DNA of 20,000 nucleotides. It comes from an uncultured virus (IMG/VR IMGVR_UViG_3300032232_000272) (lineage: Duplodnaviria; Heunggongvirae; Uroviricota; Caudoviricetes). The translations under genes and the position numbers were made by a program. Location: IMG/VR virus record IMGVR_UViG_3300032232_000272. One strand, written 5' to 3'. Of this stretch, positions 1 through 6,553 are shown in pieces. Within the stretch, counting starts at the first letter, position 1; each line of letters begins with the position of its first letter. A model generated the notes under the pieces. It ran no database searches. It was not told where the DNA came from and saw only the letters and a list, made by a program, of their open reading frames with translations.

Positions 1-2
1 AA

Positions 3-293
3 AAGCTGGTACGCAGCGGAGTTTCTGTAGGATCTGATGAGTATTACAAACGCATTGACGATAGAATGCGTAAATTGTTCCCCGAAACGTTCGAGGACTC
101 AAACGACGACGAAGAAGTAGAGGCTAAAGTAAAGCCTAAAGCTAGTCCCACGGTAGTTGCTCCAGCGTCGCGTAGTACGTCTCCGAAAAAGATCAGACTA
201 AGCAAAACGCAGGTAATGCTAGCCAAAAAGCTAGGATTAACACCAGAGCAGTACGCCCGTGAACTAACTAAATTGGAGGCCCAAAATGGCTGA
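3..293 (+). CDS. C-terminal part of a putative capsid scaffolding protein (5' truncated by window edge)
   Basis: The frame is open from nt 3 (KLVRSGVSVGSDEYYKRIDDRMRKLFPE...). An acidic/Pro-rich linker precedes the helical C-terminus 'IRLSKTQVMLAKKLGLTPEQYARE'. It lies three genes upstream of the capsid gene. Confidence 0.6.
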   Translation, partial: KLVRSGVSVGSDEYYKRIDDRMRKLFPETFEDSNDDEEVEAKVKPKASPTVVAPASRSTSPKKIRLSKTQVMLAKKLGLTPEQYARELTKLEAQNG

Positions 294-729
294 AGTAAGA
301 AAAACTCGTGATGTAGATACTCGTGCAACTCAAGAGCGCCCTATGCAGTGGCAGCAACCTGAATTGCTCCCAGAGCCAGATAAACAGGCTGGGTATGCAT
401 ATCGCTGGATACGTGTTGCAACCTTGAATCAAGCTGATCCTCGTAATCTATCCGCAAAGTTGCGTGAAGGATGGGAACCAGTAAGGATTGAAGAGCAACC
501 CAAATTCCAACTGCTAGTTGATCCTAATAGTCGTTATAAAGACAACATTGAGATCGGCGGCTTGTTGTTATGCAAGACTCCTGATGAGTTTGTGGCGCAG
601 CGGAATGCATATTACCGCAAACAAAGCGATGCTCAGACGGAAGCTGTTGACAACAATTTAATGCGCCAGAGCGACCCACGGATGCCACTCTTTAAAGAGC
701 GGAAATCGTCAAGTAGCACTGGAAAATAG
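286..729 (+). CDS. Conserved phage head-region hypothetical protein
   Basis: 147 aa ORF with a GGAGG RBS upstream, overlapping the previous gene. Contains 'YRWIR...LREGWEPV...IGGLLLCK', a pattern I recognise from genes between scaffold and capsid in this kind of phage. Confidence 0.75.
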   Translation: MAEVRKTRDVDTRATQERPMQWQQPELLPEPDKQAGYAYRWIRVATLNQADPRNLSAKLREGWEPVRIEEQPKFQLLVDPNSRYKDNIEIGGLLLCKTPDEFVAQRNAYYRKQSDAQTEAVDNNLMRQSDPRMPLFKERKSSSSTGK

Positions 730-754
730 TTAATTTTTAATTTAGGAGATTTAA

Positions 755-1384
755 ATGGCTTATCCAACCGTTTCAGCTCCCTATGGTTTACGTGCAGTTA
801 ACCGTGTAGATGGTCTACCATATGCAGGTGCAATTCGTCAGATTCCTATTGCATCCACATATAACACCCCAATCTACTTTGGTGACATTGTTCGTATCGC
901 CGCAGGTGGCACAATTCAAAAATCAACTGTAACTGTTGACTCTACTACAGCAGCTGCAAACAACACCGTTGGTGTGTTTGTTGGTGTTCAGTTTGTTAAC
1001 AGCCAAAGTCAGCAAGTACAAGGTCAAGCATATATCAGCAACACCGCTCAGACCTCTGCTATTGCTTATGTTGTAGATGATCCTTTAGCTTTGTTTAAAG
1101 TAGCCGTAACCAATACCAATGGTAATGGTGCTATGTCTTCTGTAAACCAAAGCATTGTCGGTACCAATATGGCTATTGTTCAAGGTACTGGTTCTAACAC
1201 TACTGGCGATTCCGCTGTTTCTGTCTTTGCAACTACTGCACAAGGCAACGCAGCAGCTCTTCCAGTTCGTGTTATTGCTGGTGTTCCTGATACAGAAACA
1301 TCAACTGGGCTCTACACTGAAGTATTAGTGAAGATTAACAACCATCAGTACAACAACGCTTCTGCGTTGAACTACACAGCATAA
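755..1384 (+). CDS. Putative capsid decoration/cement (minor head) protein
   Basis: 209 aa with an AGGAG RBS, beta-rich A/T/V/G composition and T/A-ending codons like the capsid gene. Directly upstream of the capsid gene. Confidence 0.6.
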   Translation: MAYPTVSAPYGLRAVNRVDGLPYAGAIRQIPIASTYNTPIYFGDIVRIAAGGTIQKSTVTVDSTTAAANNTVGVFVGVQFVNSQSQQVQGQAYISNTAQTSAIAYVVDDPLALFKVAVTNTNGNGAMSSVNQSIVGTNMAIVQGTGSNTTGDSAVSVFATTAQGNAAALPVRVIAGVPDTETSTGLYTEVLVKINNHQYNNASALNYTA

Positions 1385-1396
1385 GGAGCTATATAA

Positions 1397-2305
1397 ATGG
1401 CTATTTCACGCGCACAACTATTGAAAGAGCTCCTCCCTGGCTTGAACGCTTTGTTCGGCTTAGAGTATGCTCGTTACGGCGAAGAGCACAAAGAGATCTA
1501 TGAAACTGAGACCTCTGAGCGTTCTTTTGAAGAAGAAACCAAATTGTCTGGCTTTAGCGCCGCACCTGTCAAAAACGAAGGCTCTGCCATCGCTTATGAT
1601 AACGGTCAAGAAGCATGGACAGCTCGCTATAACCACGAAACCATCGCCCTCGGCTTCTCCCTAACGGAAGAGGCAATTGAGGACAACTTGTATGACAGCC
1701 TCTCGGCTCGTTATACCAAGGCTTTGGCTCGTGCTATGGCATATACCAAGCAAGTAAAAGCTGCTGCCGTTTTAAATACGGGCTTTAGCGCAAGCTATCC
1801 AGGCGGTGACGGTGTTGCATTATTTGCAAACAACCACCCACTTGTTTCTGGTGGCACAAACAGCAACATTCCTACGACTCCTGCTGACCTCAACGAAACT
1901 TCCTTGGAAGCCGCCGTTATTCAGATCAGCTTGTGGACTGACGAACGTGATCTGTTGATCGCTGCTAAACCCAAGAAGTTGATTGTTCCACCTGCACTCC
2001 AGTTCGTTGCAACTCGCTTGCTTGAGACTGAATTGCGTGTTGGTACAGCCGACAATGACATCAACGCAATTAAGAACAATGGTTCGATTCCAGATGGTTA
2101 CACAATTAACCACTTCTTGACCGACACCAATGCTTGGTTCTTGACTACTGATGTTCCAAACGGTATGAAGCATTTTGAGCGTACCCCCCTCCAGAACAGC
2201 ATGGATGGCGATTTCGATACTGGTAACGTCCGTTACAAGGCTCGTGAGCGTTACTCTTTCGGCTGGTCTGATCCACTTGGCATGTTCGGTTCTGCCGGCG
2301 CCTAA
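1397..2305 (+). CDS. Major capsid protein (HK97 fold, resembles 'Mu-like gpT' head subunit family)
   Basis: 302 aa with a TAAGGAG RBS. Motifs 'FSLTEEAIEDNLY', 'ALARAMAYTK', 'PKKLIVPPAL', 'FLTDTNAWFL' and 'YKARERYSFGWSD' are typical of this capsid family. Followed by a strong terminator. Confidence 0.9.
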   Translation: MAISRAQLLKELLPGLNALFGLEYARYGEEHKEIYETETSERSFEEETKLSGFSAAPVKNEGSAIAYDNGQEAWTARYNHETIALGFSLTEEAIEDNLYDSLSARYTKALARAMAYTKQVKAAAVLNTGFSASYPGGDGVALFANNHPLVSGGTNSNIPTTPADLNETSLEAAVIQISLWTDERDLLIAAKPKKLIVPPALQFVATRLLETELRVGTADNDINAIKNNGSIPDGYTINHFLTDTNAWFLTTDVPNGMKHFERTPLQNSMDGDFDTGNVRYKARERYSFGWSDPLGMFGSAGA

Positions 2306-2329
2306 TCAAACCTACTCCTCTGGGTTTGG

Positions 2330-2358
2330 ATCCCCTGCTTCGGCGGGGGATTTTTTTT
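2330..2358 (+). terminator. Rho-independent terminator after the capsid gene
   Basis: ATCCCCTGC-TTCG-GCGGGGGAT hairpin (9 bp with one G-U pair, cUUCGg tetraloop) followed by a T run. Confidence 0.92.
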
Positions 2359-2367
2359 GCATATTTA

Positions 2368-2396
2368 TTGCTAAATTTATAAAAGAGGTGTATAAA
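2368..2396 (+). promoter_or_regulatory. Sigma70-like promoter
   Basis: TTGCTA (2368-2373), a 17 nt AT-rich spacer, then TATAAA (2391-2396). The predicted start near 2402-2404 coincides with the 5' end of the structured RNA. Confidence 0.55.
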
Positions 2397-2400
2397 GATA

Positions 2401-2475
2401 GGAACCGGGTGAACCGGCTTATTAGACTGCCCCGGCAGACGCTTACACGACTAATAGGCTATATCTTTGTAAGAA
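2401..2475 (+). ncRNA. Structured RNA with possible double pseudoknot; candidate Mu-gpT-DE-type motif
   Basis: Pairings: 2417-2425/2451-2459 (9 bp), 2427-2429/2436-2438, 2405-2409/2431-2435 and 2442-2447/2468-2473. Its position downstream of a gpT-like capsid gene matches the described context of the Mu-gpT-DE motif. Confidence 0.7.
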
Positions 2476-2487
2476 GGACAATTTGAA

Positions 2488-2688
2488 ATGGCAAAAACCA
2501 CATTTAGTGGCCCAGTTAGCTTGGGCACATACACTGTTGCAACCGCTCCAGCTCCAACCACAAACCAAAGTTTAACTGGCACTATTACTTTTTTCTCAAA
2601 CGGTGCTAATGGATCTCCTGTTGTAGCTTTCTACAATGGAACAAACTGGTTGCGCGTTGATACTCTTGGCGTTATTTCGGCTACCTAA
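2488..2688 (+). CDS. Small virion-associated protein (possible head fibre)
   Basis: 66 aa with an AAGGA RBS, N-terminus 'MAKTTFSGPV' and C-terminal 'VAFYNGTNW' strand motif seen in fibre proteins. Confidence 0.7.
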   Translation: MAKTTFSGPVSLGTYTVATAPAPTTNQSLTGTITFFSNGANGSPVVAFYNGTNWLRVDTLGVISAT

Positions 2689-2701
2689 TTAGGAGGCCCT
2701 T

Positions 2702-2992
2702 ATGGGTATGCAATATGATGTAAAGTCAACGGCGATAGCCGCGGCTCAGACTGACGCAGCTGTATTTGCGGGCGCTGCTCGTATCAAAGGAATGGTTGTT
2801 GGCGTTCCTACAGCTGGTGGCACTCTAACTTTAAAGAACGGTTCTGGCGGCACTACGGTGTTTTCAGTCGTTATTCCAGCAAACGCAGGTGGCGCTTCTA
2901 ATATCGTAATTCCTGGTGAAGGTATTCGCTGTGAAAACGGTATTTATGCAACCACCCCAGCCAGCATGACGGTTACGGTGTTCTATGGCTAA
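2702..2992 (+). CDS. Conserved small beta-sandwich structural protein
   Basis: 96 aa with an AGGAGG RBS and C-terminus 'IPGEGIRCENGIYAT...VTVFYG'. Confidence 0.7.
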   Translation: MGMQYDVKSTAIAAAQTDAAVFAGAARIKGMVVGVPTAGGTLTLKNGSGGTTVFSVVIPANAGGASNIVIPGEGIRCENGIYATTPASMTVTVFYG

Positions 2993-3305
2993 GAGCCCTG
3001 CTTGGACTCGTAAGGAAGGCAAAAACCCCGAAGGCGGTCTAAACGCTAAGGGGCGAGCTTCCTATAATGCCGCTAACCCTGGTAAACCTGGTTTAAAGGC
3101 TCCTCAACCAGAAGGCGGCCCACGCAAGAAGTCATTTTGTGCACGGATGTCAGGCATGAAGAAAAAGCTAACTTCCGCTAAAACCGCTAATGATCCAAAC
3201 TCACGGATTAACAAGTCTTTACGGGCTTGGAATTGCAAAGAAGGTGGCGCTGTCCGTGGCGGTGGCTGTGAAGTTAGGGGTAAGACTAAGGGTAAGATAG
3301 TATGA
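2985..3305 (+). CDS. Small basic protein (DUF6321-like) with C-terminal Gly/Lys tag
   Basis: 106 aa, Lys-rich core 'AWTRKEGKNPEGGLNAKGRASY...SFCARM...RINKSLRAWNC', then 'KEGGAVRGGGCEVRGKTKGKIV'. The family call is from memory of the motif. Confidence 0.7.
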   Translation: MAKSPAWTRKEGKNPEGGLNAKGRASYNAANPGKPGLKAPQPEGGPRKKSFCARMSGMKKKLTSAKTANDPNSRINKSLRAWNCKEGGAVRGGGCEVRGKTKGKIV

Positions 3306-3487
3306 AAGAGCATTTAACCGAAGGCACTAAACACGCTGTAGACGGCTTATCTTTAATTACAGTGGTAGGCACACTAACAGATTTATTGCCTGCGGTAGCG
3401 GCTTTATTTACGATTGTATGGACATGCATTCGTATTTATGAAACCAAGACAGTTCAAGGATGGATTGCTCGTGCCAAGCGTAAGTAA
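3302..3487 (+). CDS. Small membrane protein (holin-like topology)
   Basis: 61 aa, ATGA-coupled, with hydrophobic segment(s) 'LSLITVVGTLTDLLPAVAALFTIVWTCI' and a basic C-terminus. Confidence 0.65.
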   Translation: MKEHLTEGTKHAVDGLSLITVVGTLTDLLPAVAALFTIVWTCIRIYETKTVQGWIARAKRK

Positions 3488-3899
3488 AAAACAACACAAT
3501 TTTATGGCAGCAGTGGCTAACAACCCTAAGTTTGCCAAGAAAGCAGGAGTGCCTCGCTCTGTTGGTGAGGAATTTTTAACTGCCGATAAAGGCAAAAAAT
3601 TTAGAGAGGGCGGTATGGCGCTTAAACCAGTAGACTCAGAAGACAACCCAGGATTAGCAAAATTACCAACCGAAGTACGTAACAAAATGGGATACGCAAA
3701 GAAAGGTGGAATTATGAAACATTCAGATATTAAACAAGATATGCCAATGATGAAAAAAGTCGCTGGCGCAGCTGTTAAAGGGCATGAAAAGAAAATGCAT
3801 GGCATGGCTAAGGGCGGAGTAACCCGTGGCGATGGTTGTGTTACCAAAGGTCACACCAAAGGCAAAATGATTACTATGAAAAAAGGCGGAGCCTGCTAA
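3471..3899 (+). CDS. Basic Lys/Gly/Met-rich modular protein with four x-x-[KE]-GG motifs
   Basis: Likely GTG start at 3471 (AAGGA at 3456-3460; MPSVSKKQHNFMAAVANNPKFAKK...), in frame with the 3414 ORF. Confidence 0.7.
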   Translation: MPSVSKKQHNFMAAVANNPKFAKKAGVPRSVGEEFLTADKGKKFREGGMALKPVDSEDNPGLAKLPTEVRNKMGYAKKGGIMKHSDIKQDMPMMKKVAGAAVKGHEKKMHGMAKGGVTRGDGCVTKGHTKGKMITMKKGGAC

Positions 3900-3901
3900 T
3901 C

Positions 3902-4129
3902 ATGGCTACCAAAGATGAGTTGCCACAAGAGATGGTAGACCGCCTCACTCGTGAGGAGAACGAAGCCAATCCTATGGTTAAACTGCGTGACAAGATTTTT
4001 GGGCCTGAGAAAGTAAAGCAGCCAAAACCTGAGCCAGTTAAAAAAGCTAAGGGTGGCACAGTTAGCTCTGCATCAAAGCGAGCTGATGGATGTGCTATTA
4101 AAGGCAAAACGAAAGGACGTATCGTATGA
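3902..4129 (+). CDS. Small protein with C-terminal KAKGG...RADGCAIKGKTKGRIV tag
   Basis: ATG at 3902, two nt after the previous stop, with GGAG at 3888-3891. In frame with the 3836 ORF. Confidence 0.7.
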   Translation: MATKDELPQEMVDRLTREENEANPMVKLRDKIFGPEKVKQPKPEPVKKAKGGTVSSASKRADGCAIKGKTKGRIV

Positions 4130-4377
4130 GACCTAGCCGCGGAATGGGAGATATTGCTCCATCCAAAATGCCTAAAGGAAAACGTAAAGAGCGCCGGGAT
4201 GATACGGACTTTACCCAATATGCTAAAGGCGGCAAGGTCGGCTTATATGCCAATATTCATGCAAAACGTGAAAGAATTAAAGCAGGATCAGGGGAGAAAA
4301 TGCGCAAGGTAGGCTCCAAAGGCGCCCCTACTAAACAAGCCTTTATTGAGTCAGCAAAAACTGCAAAGAGGAGGTAG
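4126..4377 (+). CDS. Small basic bipartite protein split by YAKGG
   Basis: 83 aa, ATGA-coupled and very Lys/Arg-rich. Second half is 'KVGLYANIHAKRERIKAGSGEKMRKVGSKGAPT'. Confidence 0.7.
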   Translation: MRPSRGMGDIAPSKMPKGKRKERRDDTDFTQYAKGGKVGLYANIHAKRERIKAGSGEKMRKVGSKGAPTKQAFIESAKTAKRR

Positions 4378-4379
4378 TT

Positions 4380-4577
4380 ATGGATTTTATGAAGCAACAG
4401 ATTGATGCATCAGAGCGTTTGTTTAGAATGATGCTACAGGATCACGAAGAGCGCTTGCACCAAAGCCAAATTATGGGCGAGATTACTACTGGTCTAATGA
4501 AGAAATTGGATGAGCGTGATACTGAGATTTTGCGTTTGCGGGATGAGCTAAAGATTCTCAAAGGAATTCAAAAGTGA
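4380..4577 (+). CDS. Hypothetical coiled-coil protein
   Basis: 65 aa with a GAGGAGGT RBS and heptad-like C-terminus. Confidence 0.65.
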   Translation: MDFMKQQIDASERLFRMMLQDHEERLHQSQIMGEITTGLMKKLDERDTEILRLRDELKILKGIQK

Positions 4578-4723
4578 ACTTTGTTTTTACATGGATCCTT
4601 GATCTCTTTAAAAGAGATGAGCCAATCATTCCTACTGCGCCTATTAAATCACAGCGTAAGAGAAGACCAGCAGTTAAAAAAGCTGCTCCAAAGATTACTG
4701 TCAGAAAGAAAAAGGCAGCCTAA
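4574..4723 (+). CDS. 49 aa protein with amphipathic N-terminus and histone-H1-like K/A/P/R tail (not in ORF track)
   Basis: GTGA overlap with the previous stop, TAATG overlap with the next start, AAGGA upstream. MNFVFTWILDLFKRDEPIIPTAPIKSQRKRRPAVKKAAPKITVRKKKAA exactly fills the gap. Confidence 0.65.
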   Translation: MNFVFTWILDLFKRDEPIIPTAPIKSQRKRRPAVKKAAPKITVRKKKAA

Positions 4724-5649
4724 TGACCACAACTGGGATTAGTTCATTCAACCTTGATATTAACGATATCATTGAAGAAGCATTTGAGCGGTGCGGGAAA
4801 GAATTGCGTACCGGCTACGACTTTAGAACAGCGCGTCGTAGCTTAAACCTTCTTTCTATTGAATGGGCTAATCGAGGTCTAAATCTTTGGACGATTGAAC
4901 AAGGGCAGATTCAGTTAAATACTGGGCAGATTACTTACCCATATCCAACAGATACAGTAGACCTGTTAGATCAGGTTATTCGTACCAATAACGGTCAGAA
5001 TATGACCCAAATTGATATTAATATCAGCCGTATTAGTGAATCTACCTATTCCACATTACCTAATAAAAGCGCTCAAGGGCGCCCTATTCAGGTATGGATT
5101 AATCGTCAAACAGGCGGTATTGCCAGCATTCCACAGACTACTTTGTCGGCTAATTTATCCTCCACAGCAACCACGATTTCGGTGCTTTCGGTAGCAGATC
5201 TACCAGCCACTGGCTTTATAAATGTAGATAACGAGACTATCCTCTATCAAAACATCGTAAACGGGCAATTAACCAATTGTTTCCGTGGTCAGAATGGTAC
5301 AACCGCAGCTTCCCATTTAAGTGGCGCTAATGTCTTTGTAAACCGTCTACCATCGATTAATGTATGGCCCAGCCCCAATGCGCCTGGCAATCAGTATATG
5401 TTCGTCTATTGGCGTATGAGACGGATGCAGGATACTGGAACTGGTGTTAGCACAGAAGACATTCCATTCCGTTTCTTAAACTGCCTAATTGCTGGCTTGG
5501 CGTATCAATTAAGCAACAAGCTCGCTGATATTGATCCAAATAGAATAATGATGTTAAAAGCAGATTATGAGCAACAATGGCAATTGGCTGCCGACGAAGA
5601 CAGGGAAAAAGCCCCGATCCGTTTTGTGCCAAGAGCATTATTCTATTGA
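4723..5649 (+). CDS. Head-to-tail adaptor / tail tubular-like protein with inserted domain
   Basis: 308 aa. N-terminal 'IIEEAFERCG...TARRSLNLL..EWANRG', central 'GRP' and helical C-terminus 'IPFRFLNCLIAGLAYQL...DYEQQW' fit podovirus adaptor proteins. Confidence 0.65.
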   Translation: MTTTGISSFNLDINDIIEEAFERCGKELRTGYDFRTARRSLNLLSIEWANRGLNLWTIEQGQIQLNTGQITYPYPTDTVDLLDQVIRTNNGQNMTQIDINISRISESTYSTLPNKSAQGRPIQVWINRQTGGIASIPQTTLSANLSSTATTISVLSVADLPATGFINVDNETILYQNIVNGQLTNCFRGQNGTTAASHLSGANVFVNRLPSINVWPSPNAPGNQYMFVYWRMRRMQDTGTGVSTEDIPFRFLNCLIAGLAYQLSNKLADIDPNRIMMLKADYEQQWQLAADEDREKAPIRFVPRALFY

Positions 5650-5657
5650 GGATATGA

Positions 5658-6083
5658 ATGCCATCACGTTTTGCGTCTGGGAAATGGTCAATTGCGGAAT
5701 GCGACAGGTGCGCACAACGCTATAAGTTAAAAGAATTAAAGATTCAGATTCTTAAAACTAAGCCGTATCGTATTAAAGTTTGTCCGACTTGCTGGGATCC
5801 AGATCATCCACAATTACAATTGGGAATGTATCCAGTTAATGATCCTCAAGCAGTTCGGGATCCAAGACCTGATGTTAGTTATTTGGTTTCTGGACAAAGT
5901 GGATTACAGACAAATCAGACTGGTATTGGCCCAGACGGGTTTGGCAGTCCAGAAGGTGGTAGTAGAGTGTTTCAATGGGGGTGGGCGCCAGTCGGTGGCA
6001 CAAGAGCGGATGATGCTGGTCTAACGCCAAATGATTTGGTAATATCTGTACAGGTGGGATCGGTAACAGTAACAACAACTTAG
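5658..6083 (+). CDS. Conserved hypothetical protein with CxxC...CxxC zinc-ribbon-like N-terminus
   Basis: 141 aa with CDRC and CPTC, then 'WDPDHPQL...DPQAVRDPRPD'. GAGG RBS. Confidence 0.7.
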   Translation: MPSRFASGKWSIAECDRCAQRYKLKELKIQILKTKPYRIKVCPTCWDPDHPQLQLGMYPVNDPQAVRDPRPDVSYLVSGQSGLQTNQTGIGPDGFGSPEGGSRVFQWGWAPVGGTRADDAGLTPNDLVISVQVGSVTVTTT

Positions 6084-6092
6084 GAGTAAAAC

Positions 6093-6287
6093 ATGGGATT
6101 CAGAAAATCAGCAGGCGGTATTGAAAAGAAAGGTAAAACCGATACTAAGGTTTACCCTAATGATGGTAAACACATCGTTGACCAAGGCCCAAAGAAAAAC
6201 GTCAGCACGTTAAATCGTGATATGAAAGCTATGGGTCGTAACTTAGCTCGCGCTAAGAACCAAATGAAATCAGGAAGAGGTCGATAA
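6093..6287 (+). CDS. Small basic protein with N-terminal variant of the shared tag
   Basis: 64 aa with an AGGAG RBS, 'SAGGIEKKGKT' and 'MKAMGRNLARAKNQ'. Confidence 0.7.
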   Translation: MGFRKSAGGIEKKGKTDTKVYPNDGKHIVDQGPKKNVSTLNRDMKAMGRNLARAKNQMKSGRGR

Positions 6288-6553
6288 TGGCTAAGTTCTC
6301 TATGAAAAAAGGTGGCAAAGAAGTCGGCCCAGCCGAAGTCTATGCAGAGCCACACAATATGCAGGGTGGTGCTATTAACGTAAACACATACAGTGGTTAC
6401 GAGCCAGGCGCTAAGGTTATTGATAATATCAACATCTCTGTTGGCGGTATCAGCAAAGGTAACTACAAGCCAGTAAATCCATATGGCGTTGGCGAGATGC
6501 GCGGTTATGGCGCTGCTACTAAAGGTCGCAAGATTAGCGGAAAAATGGGCTAA
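6287..6553 (+). CDS. Small Gly/Lys-rich protein with MKKGG and RGYGAATKG motifs
   Basis: 88 aa, TAATG-coupled at both ends. Confidence 0.7.
   Translation: MAKFSMKKGGKEVGPAEVYAEPHNMQGGAINVNTYSGYEPGAKVIDNINISVGGISKGNYKPVNPYGVGEMRGYGAATKGRKISGKMG

Noticed and set aside
2175..2486. 103 aa + strand ORF across the capsid gene end
   Set aside because: It overlaps the capsid gene out of frame and runs through the terminator, promoter and structured RNA.
3414..3901. Upstream starts at 3414 and 3836 given by the ORF track
   Set aside because: They imply long overlaps. Starts at 3471 (GTG) and 3902 have RBSs and better coupling.
3255..4117. Reading the shared G-x-x-x-x-G-K-T pattern as a Walker A P-loop
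   Set aside because: It matches formally in some copies, but these are tiny proteins with the motif at the extreme terminus, no preceding beta strand or Walker B, and variants GHT/GRK.
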